Part shown: positions 30,507 through 39,159 of the stretch, piece after piece
Layout of the letters: every line of letters begins with the position of its first letter
Position numbering within the stretch: position 1 is the stretch's first letter
Assembly: GCA_964405655.1 (NCBI GenBank)
Contig: CAYOOO010000005.1
Span: 6,335 to 70,334 of the forward strand
Source: an uncultured Gammaproteobacteria bacterium
GTDB taxonomy: Bacteria; Patescibacteriota; Microgenomatia; Daviesbacterales; UBA10151
DNA: 64,000 bases
Direction of reading: 5' to 3'
Program-made: the position numbers and the translations under genes
Notes under the pieces: generated by a model
Seen by the model: only the letters and a program-made list of their open reading frames with translations
What the model was told of the DNA's origin: nothing
Database searches by the model: none

Positions 30507-30569
30507 CAGTTAAAACACATTAATTTTATCTTGTTTAAATTAAAGACTCAAGGGGTAGAGAAGAAAATA

Positions 30570-30917
30570 TTAGACAGTTTTTTTGCGGCGGGGATAATTC
30601 TTAAAAAAAATCTTTCCTGCATCAGGATACATAAGTCCTTGAAAGATTCCCCCAACTAAAAATCCCTTGGTAAAAGTATAATCCAAAAAACCAACTGTTA
30701 GAGGAATTGAAACCACCAGCAGGATTAGAAGATTTAACCAGTGGTGCAACCAGATGGTTCTACCAAAAAGACTGAATCTAATGCTCGGGCTAATCTCTAT
30801 CGGCCCCTTTTTTAAAGATGGGAGTTTTCTCCTGACAGAAGACTTGGGATGGGTCAGGTAATGAAAAAGCACTATACTCAAAAAAAGTCCCGGTAGGAAC
30901 TTTATCACTTCATCCAT
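30570..30917 (-). CDS. Hypothetical membrane protein with WLHHW motif, upstream of atpB
   Basis: Three hydrophobic segments; IWLHHW, GIFQGL. Confidence 0.7.
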   Translation of the reverse strand: MDEVIKFLPGLFLSIVLFHYLTHPKSSVRRKLPSLKKGPIEISPSIRFSLFGRTIWLHHWLNLLILLVVSIPLTVGFLDYTFTKGFLVGGIFQGLMYPDAGKIFFKNYPRRKKTV

Positions 30918-30975
30918 TATTTGTTACCTCTAATGTAATAAACTGTAATAAGGTTGTCAACAACAAAAATGAATC

Positions 30976-31060
30976 TACCCACGACCTAACGGTCGGAGTA
31001 TCTTCTTTCGATCGGACTTTGTCCGATGTTGGGAAACCCTCGACTTTATAGTCGGGGTTT
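30976..31060. mobile_element. Non-autonomous IS200/IS605-like palindromic element (PATE/REP-like)
   Basis: Three hairpins: cgacc-taac-ggtcg, atcggac-ttt-gtccgat, aaaccctcgact-ttat-agtcggggttt; 15 nt repeated at 38066-38080. Confidence 0.55.
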
Positions 31061-31174
31061 TATCGAGATAAAGCTGACTTGACAACTATAGGATAGTATT
31101 ATACTTTAGACAACAGAAATATTCAAATTCTCAAGCTTTAAAAAAAAATAAGCTTTGAATATAATGATCCTACT

Positions 31175-32281
31175 ATGACAACTGAAGAAAAAATTAAATT
31201 AATTACCAGAAATTTAGAAGAGACTTTAACTGAGGAGGAGCTTAAGACTCTAATAGAGTCTGGTAAACCACTTATCCACTATATTGGTTATGAAGTTTCA
31301 GGAAAACTCCATATTGGCCAAGGTTTATATATCATGCTTAAGATTAAAGACCTCCAAGAAGCTGGAGTGAAAACCAAAATTTTAATTGCTGACTGGCATA
31401 CATGGCTTAATAAAAAGCTTGATGGAAAATTAGAAACTGCTAAAAAACTTGGCAAAGACTACCTAGAAGAAGTTTTAAGAGCGAGCGCAGTTTGTGTGGG
31501 AGCAGATCCAGACAAGATCGAATTTGTCTTGGGAAGTGAGCATTATCAGAAATTAGGCCTAGATTATTGGGCAACAGTCATAAGAGTAGCCAAGGCCACA
31601 ACTTTATCCCGAATGATCCGTTCTACTACTATTATGGGGCGTAAGGAATCTGAAGTGACTGATTCTGCTATGCTGATTTACCCTGCTATGCAATCAGCAG
31701 ATATCTTTATGCTAGGTGTTAATATCGCTCAAGCTGGCACAGATCAAAGAAATGTCCACATTGTAGCAAGAGACGCTGCAGAGGAACTTGGTTTTGAAAA
31801 ACCAATAACCATTCATGGTCACCTTTTACAAGGACTACTTCCTCCAATTTTGGTTGAAAATCCCAAGAGTGGCAAAAAAGAGATGGATATGGAGGCAGCT
31901 AAGATGAGTAAATCAAAACCTGATAGTGGGGTTTATATGACTGATACTCCTGAGGAGATTAAAAGAAAGATTATGGGAGCCTATGCACCAGAAGGGGTGG
32001 TAGAGTATAACCCTGTTTTAGACTGGACAAAGCATCTGATCTTTTACGAGGAAGGTTCAACTTTAACTATTAAAAGAGACCCAAGATGGGGAGGGGATCT
32101 AAGTTACAACTCTTATCAAGATTTAGAAAAAGACTATGAGCAAAAAAAACTTCACCCTCAGGACTTAAAGGTAGCTGTAGTAGAGTGGTTGATTCAAAAA
32201 CTCGAGCCTGCCAGAAAGCACTTTGAAGAGCCCAAAAGAAAAGCTGCGCTAGAAGAGATTGAGAAATTAACCCAGCGATAA
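31175..32281 (+). CDS. tyrS: Tyrosine--tRNA ligase, archaeal/eukaryotic type
   Basis: YIGYEVSGKLHIGQ, IADWH, YPAMQSADI, GTDQR, KMSKS, LHPQDLK; 368 aa, no S4-like domain. Confidence 0.93.
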   Translation: MTTEEKIKLITRNLEETLTEEELKTLIESGKPLIHYIGYEVSGKLHIGQGLYIMLKIKDLQEAGVKTKILIADWHTWLNKKLDGKLETAKKLGKDYLEEVLRASAVCVGADPDKIEFVLGSEHYQKLGLDYWATVIRVAKATTLSRMIRSTTIMGRKESEVTDSAMLIYPAMQSADIFMLGVNIAQAGTDQRNVHIVARDAAEELGFEKPITIHGHLLQGLLPPILVENPKSGKKEMDMEAAKMSKSKPDSGVYMTDTPEEIKRKIMGAYAPEGVVEYNPVLDWTKHLIFYEEGSTLTIKRDPRWGGDLSYNSYQDLEKDYEQKKLHPQDLKVAVVEWLIQKLEPARKHFEEPKRKAALEEIEKLTQR

Positions 32282-32283
32282 TC

Positions 32284-32724
32284 TTAAGCCACTTTCTTAA
32301 ATGAGTTAGATCCTATTAAAGGCGGGATCGCAGGCTCTCCAGTCAAATTGATCCTAGGGATAATTCTACCAAGTGGAGAAACTGCCTTTCTAATTTGTCT
32401 TCCCATCCAAGTTCTAATAGGCTTAAATTCTCTCCAGATATCCTCTGCAACAGGCTCAATCATCCAGCCGATCGCCAGTCCACCTAAAGCCATACCAAAA
32501 GTAATGTATGTTTGAGTTGTTAAATCTTGAGAGTTGAGAAGTTTCTCTGCCTGTCTGATTGACAAAGTATTTGCACCCATAAAGGTCAAACCTCCTGTTA
32601 AAGCTGATAACAATCTTAAACCAATATTAGGAGGAATTTCAGCTTTTCCATCTGTTTTAGAGCTTAGCCACTCAACCTCTTGAGCAGTTGAGGTAAGAAT
32701 ATGTATTGGTGTTTCTGCTGCCAT
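32284..32724 (-). CDS. Hypothetical membrane protein
   Basis: Two hydrophobic segments; TATAAA shortly upstream of ATG. Confidence 0.55.
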   Translation of the reverse strand: MAAETPIHILTSTAQEVEWLSSKTDGKAEIPPNIGLRLLSALTGGLTFMGANTLSIRQAEKLLNSQDLTTQTYITFGMALGGLAIGWMIEPVAEDIWREFKPIRTWMGRQIRKAVSPLGRIIPRINLTGEPAIPPLIGSNSFKKVA

Positions 32725-32798
32725 ACCAGCAATTTATACCTTTTTTAGAAGCAAGCTGCAATAGTTTAATTTTGCACAAATCTGTTAAGATTAAGAGG

Positions 32799-32900
32799 AT
32801 GGACAGTTTTAGTAAAAAATACCGCTTAGTTTGGATAATCCTAACAGCGTTTGGAGTACTTGGAATTCTTGTTTACTCCCTCTGGCCACTGTTTTCTTAA
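32799..32900 (+). CDS. 33-aa single-TM microprotein
   Basis: MDSFSKKYRLVWIILTAFGVLGILVYSLWPLFS; TAAGAT 7 nt upstream of ATG. Confidence 0.5.
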   Translation: MDSFSKKYRLVWIILTAFGVLGILVYSLWPLFS

Positions 32901-32941
32901 GATTCATTTGCTGTTATCACTGTAAGAGATATAATTCGATC

Positions 32942-34999
32942 ATGGATCTCAAGACCCCATTATCAGCTTTAGCAGGGATTGGTTCTTCTTTTGCTTATAA
33001 ACTCAGAAGGCTCAATTTAGTAACTGTTGAGGATTTAATTACTCATTTTCCTTTCAGGTATGATGATTTCTCTCAAATCTCCTCAGCTAGACAAGCCCAA
33101 ATTGATGAAAAAGTTACTTTAATAGGAGAGATTTGGTCAATTAAAAATGTTTATACCAGAAGCCGAAAAGTCTTAACCCACGCTGTTTTTAATGATGGGA
33201 CAGTCCCAATTGAGTTAACCTGGTTTAATCAAAGCTGGCTGACAAAACAGATAGTAGTGGGGGATAAATTGCAAATCTCAGGCAAGTTAACCAAATATAA
33301 AAATAAGTTCACAGTTGTTGCACCAGTTTGGGAAAAACTCCAAAGTCTCCAAAATCCTCAGGTGTCAATCTATTCCACACCGGGTGTGGACACACTTCAC
33401 ACAGGCAGACTGGTTCCTGTTTATCCAGAGACATTGGGTATTAGCTCAAAATGGCTGCGCACCAAAATTAATCAAGTTCTCCCTCAAGCATTAATACAAA
33501 TTCAAGATCCTTTACCAGATAAAATTAAAGACAAGATGATTAAGCTTACTGAAGCATTAAACTTAATCCACTTTCCTCAAAATTTCCAGGATATAGAGAA
33601 AGCCAGAGAAAGACTTTCTTTTGATGAGCTTTTCTATATTCAGTTAGCTACTTTAAAAGCCAGACTTCAGTGGAAACAAAAACCTACAGTCAGGAAATTT
33701 GAAATTCAAGATTCAAAATTAAAAAATTTTATTGACAGATTGCCATTTAAATTAACAAGTGCTCAAAAAAGAGTGACAAATGAGATTATTAGTGATCTAA
33801 AAAGAGGGGTGCCTATGAATAGGTTAGTCCAAGGTGAAGTAGGTTCAGGTAAAACTGTGGTGGCAGCAATTATTATCTATTTAACTTATCTTAACAATTT
33901 AAGATCACTTTACATGGCACCAACCGAGATCTTAGCTTTCCAGCACTTTTCTACTATCTCAAATTTATTAGAACCTTTATATATAAAGGTAGGAATCTAT
34001 ACCGGTTCGAGAAAATTCACTAAGGAGCTGAACTTTCTCCCAGATGTTATCATAGGTACCCACGCCTTATTATCAAGCTCATTAGAAGCAGAAGATGTAG
34101 GAGTTGTGATAGTTGATGAGCAACAAAGATTTGGGGTTGAACAAAGATCCCTCTTAAGATCCAAGGCCAGGGTGCCACACTTTTTAACTATGACTGCCAC
34201 CCCAATCCCCAGAACTGTGGCTTTAACTTTGTATGGGGATTTAGACCTGTCTATTATTGATGAGCTACCCAAAGGGAGAAAAGAGGTTAAGACTTATTTG
34301 GTACCAAGTTTTAAACGCTCTGATGCTTATAAATTTATTGAGTCTCATATAAAAAAGGGTGAGCAAACCTACATAATTACTCCACTTATAGAAGAATCAG
34401 AGACTCTAGTTTCTGCTAAAGCTGCCAAAAAAGAGTTTGAAAGATTAAAGAAGGAGGTCTTTCCTCACTTAAGGCTAGGACTTTTACATGGCAGATTAAA
34501 ATCTAAAGAAAAAGAGGAGGTATTAAACAAGTTCAAAGATAAGGAAGTAGACATTTTAGTTTCTACCTCTGTGGTTGAGGTAGGAGTTGATGTGACAAAT
34601 GCCACCATTATGGTAATAGAGGGTGCAGAAAGATTTGGTTTGTCTCAACTTCACCAGCTAAGAGGAAGGGTAGGCAGGGGAGAAAAAGAATCTTTTTGTT
34701 TACTTTTTATGGGCGAAGAAGACTCACAAACTAAGCAGAGACTTAAGCATTTAGAAAAAACTTTTGACGGGCTTAAACTAGCTGAGTTAGATTTAAAAAT
34801 TAGAGGAGCAGGAGAGATCTTTGGTACTAAACAATCTGGCAGATTTGATCTTAAAATTGCCTCCCTCTCTGATATAAGCTTAATAGAAAAAACCAGAGAA
34901 GCTGCTCGGGAAATTCTACATCAAGATCCCACACTTGCAAAATATCCTGAGCTTAAGCTAAAATTGGAAAGTTTAGGAACTGGAGTAATGCCAGACTAA
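32942..34999 (+). CDS. recG: ATP-dependent DNA helicase RecG
   Basis: PFRYDD, RLSFDE, QGEVGSGKT, DEQQRFG, TATPIPR, QLHQLRGRVGRG; start moved to MDLKTP. Confidence 0.97.
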   Translation: MDLKTPLSALAGIGSSFAYKLRRLNLVTVEDLITHFPFRYDDFSQISSARQAQIDEKVTLIGEIWSIKNVYTRSRKVLTHAVFNDGTVPIELTWFNQSWLTKQIVVGDKLQISGKLTKYKNKFTVVAPVWEKLQSLQNPQVSIYSTPGVDTLHTGRLVPVYPETLGISSKWLRTKINQVLPQALIQIQDPLPDKIKDKMIKLTEALNLIHFPQNFQDIEKARERLSFDELFYIQLATLKARLQWKQKPTVRKFEIQDSKLKNFIDRLPFKLTSAQKRVTNEIISDLKRGVPMNRLVQGEVGSGKTVVAAIIIYLTYLNNLRSLYMAPTEILAFQHFSTISNLLEPLYIKVGIYTGSRKFTKELNFLPDVIIGTHALLSSSLEAEDVGVVIVDEQQRFGVEQRSLLRSKARVPHFLTMTATPIPRTVALTLYGDLDLSIIDELPKGRKEVKTYLVPSFKRSDAYKFIESHIKKGEQTYIITPLIEESETLVSAKAAKKEFERLKKEVFPHLRLGLLHGRLKSKEKEEVLNKFKDKEVDILVSTSVVEVGVDVTNATIMVIEGAERFGLSQLHQLRGRVGRGEKESFCLLFMGEEDSQTKQRLKHLEKTFDGLKLAELDLKIRGAGEIFGTKQSGRFDLKIASLSDISLIEKTREAAREILHQDPTLAKYPELKLKLESLGTGVMPD
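33354..33390 (+). repeat. RAYT-associated REP copy in frame inside recG
   Basis: atcctcaggtgtcaatctattccacaccgggtgtgga, 32/37 identical to 56053-56089. Confidence 0.85.
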
Positions 35000-35090
35000 T
35001 TTGCCCTTGTCTCCGACTTCGTCGGAGCAAGCGATCTCGCAAACTTTTATGACAGCTTCGCTGTCTATTAAGAAAGGAGGTTTGCTCCGA

Positions 35091-35288
35091 TTGCCACAAG
35101 AACCAAAGAAAAAACATAGTAAAGCTGTTAAAAGAACCAGACGAGCTGCTATTAAATTAGCAGCAGTAAGACTGGTGATTTGCCAAAACTGCAACTATAA
35201 AACTTTAGCTCATATGGCTTGTAGAAACTGTGGCTTTTACTCCGGAAAACAGGTTGGCAAACAAAAAGCAGTGGTTACCAGAGCTTAA
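35091..35288 (+). CDS. rpmF: 50S ribosomal protein L32 (Zn-ribbon form), TTG start
   Basis: PKKKHSK..RTRR, CQNC..HMACRNCGFY; AAGGAGG upstream of TTG at 35091. Confidence 0.92.
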   Translation: MPQEPKKKHSKAVKRTRRAAIKLAAVRLVICQNCNYKTLAHMACRNCGFYSGKQVGKQKAVVTRA

Positions 35289-35297
35289 TCCCCTTCT

Positions 35298-35945
35298 TCA
35301 TTGATTATCACCTGTTTTATCTTTTTCCAGGATTTCTCGAAGAACTTCTCGATAAGGTTCTGGTAATTCGTCTACAGGATCCTTTCTTCCCATAGGCTTT
35401 AATCTATTAAAAGGCCAGAGCCACATCAGTTTTTTCCGGTAAGGGGTCCTCTGTCTTGGTTCTTCATCCACACTCCTGGGTTCTATTCGCCTAAATCTAT
35501 TACTGTGTGTACGATTAACAACATTTCTCCTTTTGTTTAATCTATATAGAAGTACCGCAGTAAATAAAATTTCTGCTCCATGTAATTTTTGGGCTGTATC
35601 AATTACAGATAACTTATCTTTGCTTTCATCTCTGGCGATTTGCTCAACTACGCCCATTGTTTCCCACATCTCCCGGATCATTGCATTACTTTCCCTAAAT
35701 GTCTGTTTATCCGAAGGCTTACTACCAGTAGGAGGGATATGGGACATAAAAGCTCTTTTGACATCATTTCTTCGACCCCAAATTTCTTTCTCTATTACCG
35801 CCTTTTCATCGTTTACTTGTGCTACTCGCGTTACTCCATGAATGGCTACACCAAGTAAAGTTGCGTTAACAGCTAGTTTACCAAAAGCTAAAAAAGACCT
35901 CCTTGGAACTTTTGGTGGCTGAGATCTGGCTTCATTTTCCCTCAT
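35298..35945 (-). CDS. Hypothetical protein with RRSFL motif
   Basis: PRRSFLA plus hydrophobic stretch; 215 aa. Confidence 0.55.
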   Translation of the reverse strand: MRENEARSQPPKVPRRSFLAFGKLAVNATLLGVAIHGVTRVAQVNDEKAVIEKEIWGRRNDVKRAFMSHIPPTGSKPSDKQTFRESNAMIREMWETMGVVEQIARDESKDKLSVIDTAQKLHGAEILFTAVLLYRLNKRRNVVNRTHSNRFRRIEPRSVDEEPRQRTPYRKKLMWLWPFNRLKPMGRKDPVDELPEPYREVLREILEKDKTGDNQ

Positions 35946-36057
35946 AGGTTAAATAATTTAACACAATTGTTAACTTTGAACAAATAGTAACCAATTCAAC
36001 AAGTCTAAAGTTAACGAGATTTCTATTCCAAGATATGATATAAACTCAATTAATAAA

Positions 36058-36426
36058 ATGAAAACATCAAGAGATCCCAGACATATCGAAAGAATCAGGG
36101 TGATGAAGGAGTTGTTTGCCTGGGAATTTAATGATTATGAGGATATAGAAAACGATAAAACTAAAGCAGTAATTAAAAATTTGAAGGAGATAGATCAATC
36201 AATCAATATCTCTGCTCCAGCTTGGCCAATTGAAAAAATAAACAAAGTTGATTTGGCAATTTTAAGGATCGCGGTTTTCGAACTATTAATAGAAAAGAAA
36301 ACACCACCCAAAGTTATAACTGACGAGGCAGTTGAAATTGCTAAGGAATATGGCTCTGAATCCAGCCCATCTTTTGTCAACGGTGCCTTAGGAAAATTAA
36401 TTAGCGATAATAATATTCCTGTCTGA
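36058..36426 (+). CDS. nusB: Transcription antitermination factor NusB
   Basis: WPIEKINKVDLAILR, DEAVEIAKEYG, FVNGALG. Confidence 0.95.
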   Translation: MKTSRDPRHIERIRVMKELFAWEFNDYEDIENDKTKAVIKNLKEIDQSINISAPAWPIEKINKVDLAILRIAVFELLIEKKTPPKVITDEAVEIAKEYGSESSPSFVNGALGKLISDNNIPV

Positions 36427-36474
36427 AAATCCCCCTTGACTAATTAGTCCTAATTAATTTAAGTTAAGTTTACT

Positions 36475-36705
36475 ATGCAAAGTGAAGTTATCGAAGAGAT
36501 TGCTAAACACTTGGGGGTAACCCCTCAGGATATTGATCCTCTTGCCTCTTTAACTGATGATTTGGGTTTAGGACCGGTTGAAATAGCAGACCTACTTTCT
36601 GCTCTATCAAAAAGATTTAGTGTTACTTTTGACCCAGCAGAGGTTGAAAACTTAAGGACTGTTAATGATATGGTGGTGACAATTGAAGATTTGAGCCTTG
36701 AGTGA
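36475..36705 (+). CDS. Acyl carrier protein-like, lacking the phosphopantetheine Ser
   Basis: Acidic 76 aa, DDLGLGPVE in place of DLGxDSL, LRTVND; acp-rnc synteny. Confidence 0.75.
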   Translation: MQSEVIEEIAKHLGVTPQDIDPLASLTDDLGLGPVEIADLLSALSKRFSVTFDPAEVENLRTVNDMVVTIEDLSLE

Positions 36706-37373
36706 TGGTTATTAATCCCAATCTATTTAAAAAAGAAGTCTATCAGATTGCTTTTACTCACAGGTCTTATCTAAATGAATCTCAAGGAGTAAGGCAATCT
36801 AACGAGAGACTGGAGTTTTTGGGTGACTCTGTCTTGTCTTTTATCATCTCTTCGCTTCTTTTTGAAAAAAGACGTCAGGATGCTGAAGGGGATCTCACCA
36901 ACTTGCGTTCATATATAGTTAAAACTCCATCCTTGGCTAAGGCTGCCAAGAAACTCAACCTGGGCAAATTCTTAAAACTTTCTAAAGGGGAGGAGATGAC
37001 AGGAGGCAGACAGAACCCGCAAATACTGGCTAATACTTATGAGGCTGTTTTAGGGGCTATTTATTTGGATAAAGGGATAGATTTTGCCAAAGAGTTCGTC
37101 CAAGCAACCTTACTAGTTCTCTTTGAGAACGAGTTAAAGGAAGGACCGCCTAAGGACTCTAAGTCTTTACTTCAAGAGTTGACTCAAAACCAAACCAAGC
37201 AATCTCCTAAATATAAGATTTTAGAAACCTCTGGACCTGATCATGCTAAAAAATTTAAAGTCGGAGTATTTTTGCAGGGAAAGATAGTTGGTCAGGGAGA
37301 AGGGTTGAGCAAACAGATTGCTGAGGAAGCTGCTGCCTCTGAGGCCCTAGAATTCCTTTCAGAAAACAGTTGA
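36702..37373 (+). CDS. rnc: Ribonuclease III
   Basis: AFTHRSY, NERLEFLGDSVL, dsRBD. Confidence 0.97.
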   Translation: MMVINPNLFKKEVYQIAFTHRSYLNESQGVRQSNERLEFLGDSVLSFIISSLLFEKRRQDAEGDLTNLRSYIVKTPSLAKAAKKLNLGKFLKLSKGEEMTGGRQNPQILANTYEAVLGAIYLDKGIDFAKEFVQATLLVLFENELKEGPPKDSKSLLQELTQNQTKQSPKYKILETSGPDHAKKFKVGVFLQGKIVGQGEGLSKQIAEEAAASEALEFLSENS

Positions 37374-37399
37374 CTCATCTACTACTTGTAAATTATACT
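37370..37399 (+). promoter_or_regulatory. rpsP promoter
   Basis: TTGACT-18-TATACT. Confidence 0.6.
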
Positions 37400-37405
37400 T
37401 AGCAC

Positions 37406-37506
37406 GCTTAAAAAATTTCTTTAACTGTTTAAGCAAGAACACGTTACGTAATGGACAATTCAGTAACGTGATTTTTTAAGTACGTTAAGGTAGGCAGAAT
37501 TGTCCA
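37406..37506 (+). ncRNA. Structured 5' leader of rpsP (three-way junction plus pseudoknot)
   Basis: 37407-16/37471-80 (10 bp), 37417-21/37435-39, 37440-47/37463-70 (8 bp), loop 37452-61 pairing with 37497-506 (10 bp). Confidence 0.7.
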
Positions 37507-37515
37507 AAAAGTAAT

Positions 37516-38061
37516 ATGCCAGTAAAGATACGTCTGATGCGAATAGGTGCTAAGAAACGCCCTTTCTACAGGGTGGTGGCTGTTGATGAGAGACGCAAGA
37601 GAACAGGTGGGTATTTAGAGCTGCTGGGGACTTATAATCCTTTAACAGAGCCAAAAGAGATAAAACTTAACCAGGAAAGAATTGATGATTGGGTTAAAAA
37701 GGGTGCAGTCTACTCCACAGGTTTCTTAAGAATAATTGGTAAAGCACCACAAAAACCTCCCCGAAAACCCAAAAAAGAAAAAGCCCCTGTAGAGCAACCT
37801 CAATCAGAACAACCCCAAGAACAAGCAGCAGCTGAACAACCTGTTCAACCATTAGAAGAGTCAGAAAGTGCGAAGTCTGAACCAGACAAAGCAATTAGCG
37901 AAGCTGAAGAGCCCACAGAAGCTGTTCCAGAACCTACTCCCGCAGAATCAGCTGATGAAGAGACTCCAGCACATCAGACCCAAAGTCAAGAAGAACAGCC
38001 ACTGCAGGAAAATGTTACTGATAAAGAAGATGGTGCAGAAGTTGTTGAAGAGAAAAAATGA
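37516..38061 (+). CDS. rpsP: 30S ribosomal protein S16 with acidic C-terminal extension
   Basis: VKIRLMRIGAKKRPFYRVV, ELLGTYNP. Confidence 0.96.
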   Translation: MPVKIRLMRIGAKKRPFYRVVAVDERRKRTGGYLELLGTYNPLTEPKEIKLNQERIDDWVKKGAVYSTGFLRIIGKAPQKPPRKPKKEKAPVEQPQSEQPQEQAAAEQPVQPLEESESAKSEPDKAISEAEEPTEAVPEPTPAESADEETPAHQTQSQEEQPLQENVTDKEDGAEVVEEKK

Positions 38062-38115
38062 AGCTCCCTCGACTTTATAGACAACCAAGGTTGGAAAGAA
38101 TCATCCAAATTAAAA

Positions 38116-38448
38116 ATGAAAGATTTAGTTGAATACATTGTTAAACAAATAGTTAACAATCCTGATGCAGTGGTAGTTGAGCAGTCTCAAAATAATGGTG
38201 ATGTGAACCTACTTTTAACAGTTGCACCAGAGGATATGGGGATTGTTATTGGCAAAGGCGGTCAGACTATCAAGGCTGTCAGAAAACTTCTAGTCATTAG
38301 AGCTATGGCTGAGAACGCCCGGGTTAATCTTCAAATTGCTGAACCAGAAAAAGATGGGGAACCAACTGAGCAATCTTCACCAGCAGAACCCGCCCAACCT
38401 CAAAATGAGCAAGCTCTTTTGGGTAAAGACACTCAAAATGAAAATTAG
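38116..38448 (+). CDS. khpA: KH-domain RNA-binding protein
   Basis: DMGIVIGKGGQTIKAVR; rpsP-khpA-trmD synteny. Confidence 0.9.
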   Translation: MKDLVEYIVKQIVNNPDAVVVEQSQNNGDVNLLLTVAPEDMGIVIGKGGQTIKAVRKLLVIRAMAENARVNLQIAEPEKDGEPTEQSSPAEPAQPQNEQALLGKDTQNEN

Positions 38449-39118
38449 CATAGTCACCCTCTTTCCCGAAGTCTTTACTCCCATACTAAATACCAGCATA
38501 TTAAGAAGGGCTCAAAAAAAAGGATTGGTGGAGTTTGAAGTTGTAAACTTGCGTGACTTTGCGCCCGGACCTCATCAAATAGTTGATGATCGGCCTTATG
38601 GCGGGGGAGTAGGAATGGTCTTAAAGGCAGATGTTTTAGCTAAAGCTGTCCAAAGTTTACTCAAAAAAGATTCAAAAGCTAAGGTCATCCTCACATCAGC
38701 TTCTGGTAAATCCTTTAATCAAACTCAGGCCAAGTCTTTGGCCAAACTTAAAACCATAATTATCATAGCTGGCCACTATGAGGGAGTTGATCAAAGATTT
38801 ATTGATAAGTACATCTGGAAGGAAATTTCAATTGGGGACTATATTTTAACTGGAGGAGAGATACCAGCCATGGTTTTAGTTGATGCAACTGTTAGGCTCA
38901 TCCCAGGAGTCCTAGAGAAAGAAGAAGCTACTCAAAAAGAAAGCTTTGAACAAGGTTTACTGGAACATCCCCAATACACTAGACCAGAAGAATTTGAAGG
39001 AAGTAAGGTCCCAAAGATTTTACTCTCAGGAAACCATCAAGTAATTGAAAAGTGGCGAGCCAAACAATCTCTAGAAAAAACCAAAAAAATTAGACCAGAT
39101 TTACTAAAAAAGAATTAA
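38438..39118 (+). CDS. trmD: tRNA (guanine37-N1)-methyltransferase
   Basis: VTLFPE, DDRPYGGG, GHYEGVDQR, SIGDYILTGGE; start moved to MKISIV. Confidence 0.97.
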   Translation: MKISIVTLFPEVFTPILNTSILRRAQKKGLVEFEVVNLRDFAPGPHQIVDDRPYGGGVGMVLKADVLAKAVQSLLKKDSKAKVILTSASGKSFNQTQAKSLAKLKTIIIIAGHYEGVDQRFIDKYIWKEISIGDYILTGGEIPAMVLVDATVRLIPGVLEKEEATQKESFEQGLLEHPQYTRPEEFEGSKVPKILLSGNHQVIEKWRAKQSLEKTKKIRPDLLKKN

Positions 39119-39159
39119 TATAATTTTCGTGACAAAAAGTCGCGACCGCGATTAGTTGT
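39114..39159. repeat. Left palindromic inverted repeat of the Cas2/PaaX-like unit
   Basis: 38/47 aligned columns with the reverse complement of 39741-39786; internal ACAA-NN-AGTCGC-N4-GCGATT-NN-TTGT. Confidence 0.85.

Noticed and set aside
35001-35090. N-terminal extension of L32 from the ORF track
   Set aside because: The SD positions the start at TTG 35091; the upstream part is hairpin sequence
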